DNA from: Haliotis rubra
Lineage: Eukaryota
Reading direction: 5' to 3'
DNA length: 64,000 nt
Assembly (NCBI RefSeq): GCF_003918875.1
Contig: NW_025767705.1
Location: forward strand, 186,001-250,000
Numbering within the stretch: position 1 is the stretch's first letter; each line of letters starts with the position of its first letter. The position numbers and the translations under genes are program-made. The notes under the pieces are model-generated. The model was not told the DNA's origin, did not search any database, and worked only from the letters and a program-made list of their open reading frames with translations. This document shows positions 47,783 to 59,800 of the stretch, piece after piece.

Positions 47783-48803
47783 TTAGAATGGGGTAAGATC
47801 CGGGTTACCCATGTTTGTCGTAAAATGCGACTAACGGGATCGGATGGTCCGGTTCACTGCCTTGGTTGACACAAGGCATCATACCCAAATAGCGTAGATC
47901 GATGCTTGTGATGTTGATCACTGGTTCGTCTGTTCTAGACGCGATTAGGACCAGACAGCGTCATACAGGTGGAATATACTGCTGAGCGCGGCGTTAAACA
48001 AAAAACAAACAAACAAATGGTAGCAACAGCAGAACGATAACCGGATGTCCAAACTGGAAATAGAACGCTGAGATCAAGCTCGCTGCGGAAATACACAGTT
48101 TGAACATCCGTTTAGTAAAATCGGTGACCGTAATGCTGCTAAAACTCGATCACTCCTATATAAATAACAATCCTCCATGCATTCTTACTCATTTTCACCC
48201 TTTTTATCTCATCAAGTGCATAAACGTAAGTCACGGTAACATCATTTTGTGATCGATTTCCCTATGCTGCTAAAATATATTTAAAATATTTATTTCATCT
48301 TCTTGTGTTGAACCCGTGTTGTGCGATGTATCAGGCTCAGATAAGCCTTATTCTTCTCGAATGTATTAATCAAACCCTTTTATAGTTTTCGGATTGGTTC
48401 CCGATCTCAGGAAATGCCTCGCAGTTCATTATTGAAATACGGATTGAACCTGACCTCAGGGAATACCTCGGGATTCATTATTGCAATACGGAACAAATGT
48501 TGCTGATATTTTCAGTCAACATTTCTCAGTCGCGAAGGTTTAGATCAGTTAAAATCTTTTTAAGCGAAGATGGAAGATTCGAAAGTAATCTGTAATATGT
48601 TTGTTCACTGACCAGATCCAGGACCGGATACACCAAACGCTCCTAATGAAGTTCTTAGCAATTCTTCTCAGCTTCAAAATTACTATTTTACATTACCAAC
48701 AGACCGGCCGCCATAATCATTTACCGTTATTTCAATTCTACCCATGTATCAAATCTAATTAAATTAGATCTTTTAACCCGATATAATACCTTCCTTCATA
48801 CAG

Positions 48804-48962
48804 GTAGCCTAGTGGTTAAGCGTTGGCTCGTCACGCCGAAGACCCGGGTTCGAATCCCTACATGGGTACAATGTTTGAAGCCCATTTTTGGTGTCCCCCG
48901 CCGTGATGTTGCTGGAATATTGCTAAAAGCGGCGTAAAACCAAACTCAGTCAGTCAGTCAGT
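48804..48962 (+). mobile_element. SINE family A copy
   Basis: gtagcctagtggtt..gtcacgccgaagacccgggttcgaatccc..gcggcgtaaaaccaaactc. Confidence 0.85.
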
Positions 48963-48975
48963 CCTTCATACAGAA

Positions 48976-49321
48976 CCCTCGAAGATCCGGGTGAGAATTG
49001 GTCGTCAGCTACCCATGTTTGTCGTAAGAGGCGATTAACGGGATCGGGTGGTCAGGCTCGCAGACACAATCATGTCATCGCATCCCACCTGCGTAGATCG
49101 ATGATCATGCTATTGATCACTGGATTGTCTGATCCAGATTCGATTATTTACAGACCGCCGCCAAAAAGGTGGGCCTAGATTTTCGAAGTTCTCTTAGCGC
49201 TAAGATAGTCGTAAGTGCCATACATTAACATTAACTTACGACTATCTTAGCGCTAAGAGAGCTTCGAAAATCTAGGCCCTGGAATATTGCTGAGTGCGGC
49301 GTTAAACAACAAACCAACAAA
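48976..49321 (+). mobile_element. SINE family B copy interrupted by a palindromic MITE
   Basis: Consensus match resumes after the 49171-49279 insertion. Confidence 0.85.
49171..49279. mobile_element. 109-bp near-perfect palindromic MITE
   Basis: 46-bp arms gggcctagattttcgaag...cttcgaaaatctaggccc with one mismatch; related hairpins at 15440-15552, 21378-21539, 43526-43639. Confidence 0.8.
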
Positions 49322-50161
49322 CCTTCATACAGATCTGATAAAGCCTCTTTGAAGTGTGCAATTTCGTTTTCAACGAAAAGAAAACCAACGAAGATAGCAG
49401 ATTTTCCTTCGACAGTATACCCCTTTGGTTGTAGGCACCATGGCGCTCAGAAACGACAGGGCGTATCAAATATCAACAAACATATGCATTATTTCCATTT
49501 GATATCATTTGTTTCAGTTCGAGTTCAAAATACAAAAATCAGATATGATCCTTAAATGTTCCACGCCTCGACGTTGACTGACCTTTATTGACAGTTCGTC
49601 TTTAGATGCCCCCTCAGATCTCCACCAAGCGAAATATTATATCCTAAGTTATTCACGACAGCAATGATTCATTTCATGACGCCCATTTACAGAATGATCC
49701 CCGCATACTTTATCTAGATACTTGAATTATACTTGTCCACTGTCCTCGGAATGTTAAGACCTAGCTTGGGTATTTCGAAAATTGATCCTGAGGGAAAGCA
49801 TCAAACAATATTTTGGTCGGTGATTAGATAATCGATTGGCTATATTATTTATCAACTATATTATTTATCATACAATTTAATGGTTGATGTGCTGGATAAC
49901 CGAGGATGTAATTACAAATCCAGAAGCAAAATGTGGAATGGGCGGACATCTCTTGGAGTTCTATTGTCGCCGTATTGTTTTAATATTCATAGTGCGGAAA
50001 ACGTAGAATAAACCTTCACTATTTCAAGCATGTTACAGTATTAGAGGATACAATGTGTGAAGCCTATTTCTGGTGTCCCCCGTCGTGATATTGCTGCGAT
50101 ATTGCTAAACGAAATGTAAAACCATACTCATTTACGTACTCATTCATTCTCTTACGATTAA

Positions 50162-50321
50162 GGGGCGATGGGGTAGCCTAGTGGTTAAAGCGTTCGCTCG
50201 TCACGCCGAAGACCCGGATTCGATTCCCCACATGGGTACAATGTGTGAATCCTGATGTCCCCCGCCGTGATAATGCTGGAATATTGCTAACAGCGGCGTA
50301 AGACCATACTCACTCACTCAC
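50162..50321 (+). mobile_element. SINE family A copy just upstream of NEK copy 3 promoter
   Basis: Full length, TSD CTCTTACGAT. Confidence 0.85.
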
Positions 50322-50782
50322 TCTTACGATAAAAGCTTGATTACTAACCTATAGAACCGTACGTAAAATCATCAGCAGGTGCCCCGATCACCTGGCAACC
50401 AGGACGCGGAAGTTGAGATGGGAAGTAACTCTTGTACTACATCCGGAATACTAACATTCCTCTATTTTCATAACATGGGGAATTTCGTTGGATGTTTTTT
50501 TGCGTCTTAAAGTTCTGTTGGGAAAACACGTTCGATCACGTCGATTATGGACCCCTCAACGAACATTATTAGGAGCAACTTCCAGCTGACATGATGCGAG
50601 TGCATCTATATTAACACTGCATCTGCAAGAACCATACTCATCGTATGCATTAGAACCAAAATCAACTCTTTTAATGAACGCCGTTCGGATGTGTTTTTTA
50701 AACAAAACTATCAGCTGATGTAGTTTAAAAGGAAATCTTCAGAGTTTTCTGTGGCCAATGAGTAACAGGCCTTTCCGTAGTG

Positions 50783-50875
50783 ATGACTTCGTACAGTGTC
50801 ACTTGCAAACTCGGAGAGGGGAGTTTTGCTAAAGTGTTTCAGCTGAGTTCACTGGACCGAGATGAGGGCCAAGAT
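50783..50875 (+). CDS. NEK-like copy 3 first coding exon
   Basis: [31 protein letters not shown]|gtaagt. Confidence 0.8.
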
Positions 50876-53800
50876 GTAAGTAAACATTTGGAGCCACTAT
50901 ATGTTTGTCAGTATATTATTTTGGAGGATCCATAAGCAAAGGATTAGGGATAACCTGCCCAAAACACAGGGTTTAACGCTAAAACTGCCATCAAGGTATA
51001 TACTGTCACTGAGGGGTCTTAGTAATAAAAAGGATTCATTGACTGTATATTCCTTTGATGGCAGTTTTAACTTTTTAGCACTACAAGTCCTGTGCCCCAA
51101 AACAACTAACCCTATTATCGAGTGAATTGTTACTAATTATTTTTTTCTTGATACGTCTATGTCGTAAATACTACTATCAACTGGGTGGCAAGTGGATTCT
51201 ATTATTGCACCAAAAATTTAATTGCAGTTGGCTCTTAACACATATACTAGGCCCATGGAGATTATGGGTAAGAGATATTGTTCGGAACAACCTGTTCTTG
51301 TCATGATGAATTGGTTGGTTAGGCTTGGTTGATGCACCTCAGTATCTCCCTTGATGCATTGATTGATGCTGGTGATGTTAATCATTGGATTGTCTGGTCC
51401 AGATTTACATATTTTTACAGATATAGCTGGAATATTTTCTGCGAGTGGCATAACAAAAGAAATGAAAAAACTATATGTATGTTAATTTTCTTATTTTCCA
51501 CATTTAATTTGTGGGGCCTTGAAGCACTACCTATTTCAAATTTAAGCCAAGACAATAATAAAAGATTCCCTTGGGAAGTTTTTATCCACTTCCTTCTAAC
51601 CAAATTTGCTTTGGATCTTCATCAGATTTGTGATTTCCATGCTGGAATATTGCTGAGTGAGGCATAAAACTAAATTCGCTCATCAGATTTGTTTTTTTTG
51701 TTGTTTAACATTGCATTCAGCAATATTCGAGTAAAATGATGGTGGTCTGTAAATAACTGAGTCTTGAACTTACCTATGTGAACAACCCATGGTTAGAGTA
51801 AGGTTAGAATTGGTCTTCACCAACCCATGCTTGTTGTAAGAGGTGACTAATGGGATCGGGTGCTAAGTCTCCGGACTTAGTACATGCATGTCATCGCATC
51901 CTAATTCTGTAGATTAATGTTTATGATGCCAATCACTGGATTGTCTGGTTTAGACTTGATCATGTATAGATCACGGTCTGACATCTGTTACATTGGTGAG
52001 TATGACATTCAACAAAGAGAAAGACTTCTCTGTGCAATTACTTATGATTGATGATTGATTATGTATTAACGCTACACTCAGCAATATTCCAGCTATATGG
52101 CGGCTGTCTGTAAATAATCAAGTCTGGACCATATAATCCATGCTATTGGGATACGATGACATGTGTCAACCAATTCAGCGAGCCTGACCACCCAATCCCC
52201 TCTTTCAGCAAGCATGGGTTACTGGAGACCAATTATAATCCGGATCTTCACAGGTCCACTGATTATTTCCGATGATTGATAGTGAAATCCAAACTGACTC
52301 GTAAAGCTAGTCTGTACCATCCATGGTTTTACAGTATGCCCTGAAAGTGATCGACAAAGATCGCTTCTCCAATGATGAACGAGACAAGTGTATGCAGGAA
52401 GCCAAGCTGATGAGGAAGCTGAGACACGAGAATGTCGTCGCCTGTTTTGATGCCTTTGAGTACGAGAACCACTTGATCCTGGTCACAGAGTACTGCCCTC
52501 GGGGCGACATGTACTGTTACCTTGGTGACTGCAGGGATGCCAAACCTCAACAACCAGTGTCAGAGAACAGGATTTCTATGTGGGTGTTGCAGATTGCCAA
52601 GGCTTTACAGGTGAGTTATCGTATGTGAGTGAGTGAGTTTAGTTTAGCATTGCTTTTAGCAATATTCCACCAGTATCACGGTGGAGGACACAGAAATGGA
52701 CTTCACACCTTTTAACCCCTGTGGGGAATCGAACCTGGATCTTCGATGCGAATTGAATTCTGAAATGTGATCAATATCACAAGGGACTTAAGCACCTGAC
52801 AAGAATATCAATTGCTAATAATATCAAAACCAATTGTATTAAAACAATCAGATATTACGGTGCCCTTTTTGTTTTGAGATGTATTATTGTTGCTAATGAT
52901 TGTTTACTTATCTCTATATAGTAGAGGACATGCATGGTTCTTGGTGGGAATTGGCAATATAAATCTATCCAAAGGCTCCTCCAAATAATGATGTTAAAAT
53001 GTTAAACATACTAGTGCTGTTGGTAATGAATAGCTGCACATTCCTATATATAAGGCATTAGTGTATGATTCTTAGTAAGAAGTGACAACAGGCACGTTGA
53101 TACTTTGTGGTATGCACAGGTTTTCACTGTATGCAGGTAGAGATTTTTAAGAAGCACAATGATGTTGGTCAGCACATAGTGGTAGTGGTTATTGCTGGTG
53201 CCTTGGAGCACCTTGACTAACCCTAGCTGGGCTAAAGGTGAGACTTTCTCTCACAACAAGATAACAGTTTTTTAAATTTCCATTTGGAACTGCCTGTTTA
53301 TGTTCTGTTTCAAGATATACAGCTCTGAGTGCTGTTTTCTCATGCAGACCACCATGAAGATCTGGGGTTAGAATTGGTTCTCATCAGCCCATGCTACACT
53401 CTTGTGTAGTGGTCACAAGATTTCTGAGTATCGCGCTGGGATTCGAACCACAGACTTTCTGATCTCAAGTCAGAGGCCTTGTCCACATGACCAAAGAGGA
53501 AGCATTGTGATGTGGTAAGGATGTCATCTATGGGATGACTCCATGCCCTGCTACATACTCCCCCCGTCAACAGAAGGCACGTCCAGGGCCGCATAGTACT
53601 CAAGTACTTATTGAGTAATTATTTTGTTGACAGGGTAAGCATGTCACCGGTGGGATGACTCCATGCCCTGCTACATACTCCCCCCGTCAACAGAAGGCAC
53701 GTCCAGGGCCGCATAATACTCAAGTACTTATTGAGTAATTATTTTGTTGACAGGGTAAGCATGTCACCGGTGGGATGACTCCATGCCCTGCTACATACTC

Positions 53801-56800
53801 CCCCCGTCAACAGAAGGCACGTCCAGGGCTGCATAATACTCAAGTACTTATTGAGTAATTATTTTGTTGACAGGGTAAGCATGTCACCGGTGGGATGGCT
53901 CCATGCCCTGCTACATACTCCCCCCGTCAACGATGGCACGTCCAGGGCTGCATAATACTCAAGTACTTATTGAGTAATTATTTTGTTGACAGGGTAAGCA
54001 TGTCACCGGTGGGATGACTCCATTGCCCTGCTTCTTTCACTGCTTTGCTTGATGCAAGTCACTATATCCGAGTGTCCGTCACTAAATTATCTGGTCCACA
54101 CCTGATGATTTACAGAACACCTCAGTAGAGCTGGAATACTGGAATGGGGCATTAAACAAACAAAAACACTAAAATTCCGTCATCTTATGAAGAATGTTTT
54201 TTGTTTTAGTATCTGCATGAGAGGAAGATTCTTCACCGAGACCTGAAGACAAAGAACATCTTTCTGATGGAAGATTTGACTGTGAAAATAGGAGACCTTG
54301 GAATAGCAAAGTGAGGAAGTAAAATGGACACAAATTTACAAAAATGAGATTAAAACATATGAGAGGGATTCCAATAACTTGAACAACGACAGGTTCCTAA
54401 GTCACCAAAAGATTTGTTCTGTTTACATGATTGTGTAACAAATATCTTTTTGATATGTTTTTTTTTGATGAACAAGTGGATTGATTGAACAAGAAGTCAA
54501 AGGACGGTTTCTTCTGTTCATCTATGCACTATTTTAGCCAATGTCCCATATCCTTTTAGAAGTTGGTAGAGTATTTTGTTTTATCTGAGGGCCGTATCCT
54601 TTTTGAAGTTGGCAGGGTAGTTTATTTCATCAGGGGTCGTTGTGGTGTAGCTTAAATTTTCTTCTTAATATAGATGGTTAATCCTGAAAATTAGAGTTTG
54701 ATGTTTTCTAAAGTGAGGATCAGATAGACACACTGTTCCAGCATTCATGCTATTGATCACTGGTTTGACTGACCCAGATGTCATTATAATTAAAGTGTTT
54801 TTGACTCAAAATATATCAGAAAACAACATTCATTCATTTGTTGTTACTTATACACAAATAAATAATTGGAATATTCTTGAAAAATTGGTAAATCCTTAGA
54901 TCCATATACCCACTTATTGTTTAAAGTAATATACGTTAAAACTGATAAAGAAGTGTATTAAAAGTAATGTAACCTAGTTGATCTATCTGCAGGATTTCTG
55001 CAGGTTTCTATTGATACAGTGGTATTTGTGCTTGAAAAGTCCACTGAGTCAAGTCCTTGGTATCAAGAAGACACAGTATTGAACAAATGTTGTGTATTTT
55101 TGGTGAAATCGTTAGAATTCCTCAACTGTCCATGCTGTTTTTGATTTTTGAATCAGGATTAACAAGTGCCATTGTACTTAGTCCGCGTTGATGTCACATG
55201 TTTGCTCTTCAACAGTTTTGATAATCAAACAGGACATAAATTTTTGTCGTTTTTAGCTTCATTTGAATTGAATCTTGAAATGTGACTGGAGACTTCAGCA
55301 CCTGACTTATCAACTGTGTTTAAACAATCAGATATTCTTTCAAGCTTATATACTTGCAGCATGTGGTGCCCTTTTCATTTGAAGAAGGGGGTGGTGAGGT
55401 AACCTAGTGGTTAAAGCGTTGGCTCGTTACGCTGAAGACCCGGGTTCGATTCCCCACATGGGTACAGTGTGTGAAGCCCATTTCTGGTGTCCCCCGCCGT
55501 GATGTTGCTGGAATATTGCTAAAAGCGGCATAAAGCCATACTCACTCATTCACTCATTTGACGAAGCATGCTATGTTGATAATGATTGTTTGCGTAACCC
55601 TATATGTAAGGACCATCTGTCTTGGTAGGACATACCCTTGAAGATCCGTGTTAGAAGACACAATATTGAACGACAGTCTAAGTGAACTTAGGCTCAGTAT
55701 GATTCATTACACTACTATACTGAGTCTAACAAACCCTAGTAGAAGGTCGCGTCAGCTAACCTTTTGAATTAACCAATCAGAACACAGCTTTCCAAATCAC
55801 GAAAGTTAACATTGGCACTTACCGTTTGAACTTTTACCACAAAAACGTTCGAACTTGAACAATTCCGAATGTTATTTTCCGCACGATTGCTTCTGAGTGA
55901 TACACATGGAGGACGCCATTATTCACAACTGTGAGTAAACAGTCGCTGAAAATATTTCGGTCAATATTCCAGGAAGTCATCTTGCTGAAATATAAGTTAA
56001 TAGTAACCATGTCATCAGAAACCCCTAAGCATATATACTTCAGGTCAAAGGTCTGTATATTTTGTTTCAACTATTTTTATTCAGTTCAGGAGTATAATGT
56101 CAGATATCTAAATGTCAAATACATTTTCACGTGTTATACCAAAAGATATATTGAGACTGGAACTATTGAAGCATACCCACCAGTGGTCTCCATTTTTGCT
56201 CAAATTGTTTTCTTCATTGTTTTTTTGCAGTATATCTTTCTGTTTTCATTATCTCTTTGAGAGATTTCTTGAATTTCCAAAATACAGGAATGTTATTTTC
56301 ATGCTCATATTACATATGTATTTCTTGGCTAGGAAAATGATATGAATTATAAGATAATCTGAGTATTAGGAACTAAAAACGATTGTGGTGTTAGTTAGGA
56401 CAAAGCTTGGTATTTCGTCTTTCCAAAAAGCTTCAAAGTGAGACCAGATTTTTTTTGTATGCTGACAGCAATAATACACGCTTTATATTTTTCTTTCTTC
56501 TGTATATAACAAACAAACCATCATCATCAACAATTTTCATATATAGCAACTTATGTTTGGTGTAAATTTTCTTGTGAATAAATTTGTATTGAAATTGATC
56601 AGTTTAACATCATTAGTACATTTTCTAAATTTAGTGAATGTAGATTTCCAGTTCATATCTTCTGGAAATTGGGTTTTCCGTTTTGTACAGACGAGAGGTA
56701 GATTGTCTTTCTTTATCAAAGTATCGTAAAAGTACCTACAAGACTTAATCTACCTACAACCTTTAGAATATTTTAACATATTTCTTTAGGGTTCTGGAAT

Positions 56801-59800
56801 ATTGATATTTTCTTCAATGAAATCTCCATTTGATATAAATTTTCTCCATAGGAGAGGAATATTTAATAACATTTTGTTGTAGTGTAGTACTGTGCCATTC
56901 TAGTCATATTTGTGTTTTAATTGCACGAAAGACATTATACCTTTGGAATCACTTACATATGTAATGGTACAAAGTCCTTTTGAAAACCATGACTTAATAA
57001 TGAAATTTGGATGAGTAAATTGGTGGTTAAGCCATATTGGTTCCGCTAAAATATCATCTACCTTGTTTCCCCTCACATTTATACAATCTATAACAAATAT
57101 CTGCACTTTATGCAGATTTTGTTTGTTGAGAAATCAGTGTCAGCGACCAGGAAAGAGAATATCCATTTTGTAAGTCCTGTTAACCCTAAATAGTACTGTA
57201 GCTGTTGTCTGATTGGTTAAATCTGTTCGTCTGTCTAGTGATATATTGACGGTCATAGGTCGCTCAAAGGTTAGCTGACGTGACCTTCTACTAGGGTTTG
57301 TTAGACTCAGTATAGCAACGTAGCAAATAATACAGAGCCTAACTTTACTTAGACCGTATTGAACGAATGTTTATTTGCAGACAGCTGGACTTTACACTGG
57401 CCCAGGCTGATACCTTCCTGGGAACACCTCTATACATGAGTCCCGAGATATTCCAGTTCCAGCCCTACAGTTATAAGGTGAGGTCTGTCCAGGTCTGATG
57501 CGGTAGTAGAAGACAATGTCTGATCCATGAGGTATCTCAGAGCTGCGACTTGTAATCAATCAGTTGTAATCATAAACCTCTCCACAAAACTCATGTGGGC
57601 AATCACTGGAGTAGGCTCAAGAAAGGATTTGAGATGAGTTCTAGTCATCTGCGGGAAGCTTGAGCACTATGTTGTGTCATTTAAAGGCACTATATCACAC
57701 CACATTTCTCTAAAAATAAATAATGCATTTCTCTCAATAATACTATCAGCCCTCAGGGAGGCTACCATATAATTTATTACAAAAATATTTTGATACAATA
57801 TTAAATTAAAAAGTGGGAATAAATTAATGCAGTATTGCATTAATTGACTACCGCCCAACATTATTTCAAGAGATCCCCATAGAGTTATTTCCTTGGAGTG
57901 CTCTTTACTAATATCCTACACACAATTTGTGATTGAAACCAGTTCGCAAACATTGACAACACCGCAGCGCTTACAGTTTTCAATGTTTACATTCCATATA
58001 TGGCAAGTGTTCTCTGTTTGGAAGCCGTTCATCTCAAGTTTCAATTATCGATTTCAGGCAAGTTGTATGATAATAAGTCTAAATTGAGTGCATATGCCCC
58101 AATATATATAATATAGGTCAAAATATTGTCAAAACTATGTGACATTGTGCCTTTCATGTATCACAGTGAGTTGCATAGAATCATCACACGCGATACCCCC
58201 TGCATCATGAGTTGAATCCTGTATTCTGTAACAGAAGGCTAAACAAAAGAAACACATCCTTCTTTCAAATGTTGTCTTGCATGTGTGTTTTATCTCTGTG
58301 GCCAACACTGATATGAAAACAAAGGCAGAAATATTCATAATTTATGGCTAGTGGGGTGATGATTTTAATGGGTGTGTGTGTATCACTAATTTTGTACACA
58401 TGCACTAGGGAGGTTGTCATTGATTTTGTACATGACATTGGGGATGGGGTGGGGTGTCACATAAAGTTTGGGGGCTCATACATATTGAACATGCTTCCAT
58501 AAAAAGCATCATCACCCCTAGCCATAAATATGAATGGTCCCTTTAGCTTCTCAGAACCGAACAAGTGCTTGTTAGTTTTATGAAAGTGGTATGAGTCAAC
58601 CTTGTCACTTCAGGTTTCCCCAAAATACATGGAGATACTTGGATGTAAGCAATGATAGAAAGTAAGGTTATATTGAAACCACCATAAATCCCTTTATTTA
58701 AAACAGATATTAAAGTACAACACTGATGAATAAACAAAATCAAGATTCTGTGCAAGAAGTGCAAGAAAGTTGTTGTGTTTGTAGGCTGACATCTGGAGCA
58801 TGGGCTGCTGCGTGTACGAGATGATGACGTTACGCTTCGCCTTCGAGTCACCATCACAGCAGAAGATGGTGCAGAGGATCATCAAGGGCAAGGTCAGATA
58901 TCTCGTGTATTTCTGCCATCTTCCATCCAATGGTCTGTTTTCCATTTCCTGTTTCCAATGAAACAAAATCATTTCTATTGGTGAGCTTTGCAATTGGCAT
59001 AAATGATGATTTATTGTTTATTATTATTATATTATATGCCACATTTCTATAGGACCCTATTGAACTACTTCAAGATCACTCTCAGGTGCTTCAAAAGTTG
59101 TTTTTCCCTCGATCAATAGATGTCAATCCCAAACGGCATATTGTATTATCAATCTAAACTCCCTGGGGATCATACAACTCTTGCAGCCACTAGCTAGGTG
59201 CACCGAGTTGATGTGGATTTCCCATCCTTACGAGGTACTCGTTCACAGCTTGGTGGACTGGGACACAAAGTCACAGTACTTTGTCCACATTACTGCACGT
59301 TGCTGTACCCACAACTACGTGTTTGCACCTATTCATGTGGCCACCATATGGTCATCTACCAACGGATTCGTGGGTTCTTTTAAGTGCACAGGGTTGTGTA
59401 CTGTACACTAGGGGTTGTGACAACACTGAAAGGATCTGCGCACAAAGTTGAATCCAAGGTTTTTACACCTGGTCACAGGTGGGCTCGATCCCGACACCTC
59501 AAGCTCGCTGGATCACTTGTCTGGCATCTTAGACAGTTAGCCCACCACTCCTCATAATTTACCCATCATTTACTTTTTATATAACTTTTTTCATGATGAA
59601 ACAAAGCCTCCTTTATAAGCTACCTGTCCCATAGAAACAATACTTTTGTGTAATATAAACAGTGGATGCAGTGGCAAATAGAGACTTGAAAGGCTCTCGG
59701 AGAAAGACCATGCTTCATGTCAGTGTAGTTTTTACAATTAGTGGTGCTAGAATATATCTACAGAGGTTGGTAAATGTAACAATGGTTCTGGTGTATTGGG

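Noticed and set aside
50162-50235. tRNA-Asp(GTC)-like genes
   Set aside because: These are SINE heads followed by a fixed body, tail and TSDs; the acceptor stem is not intact
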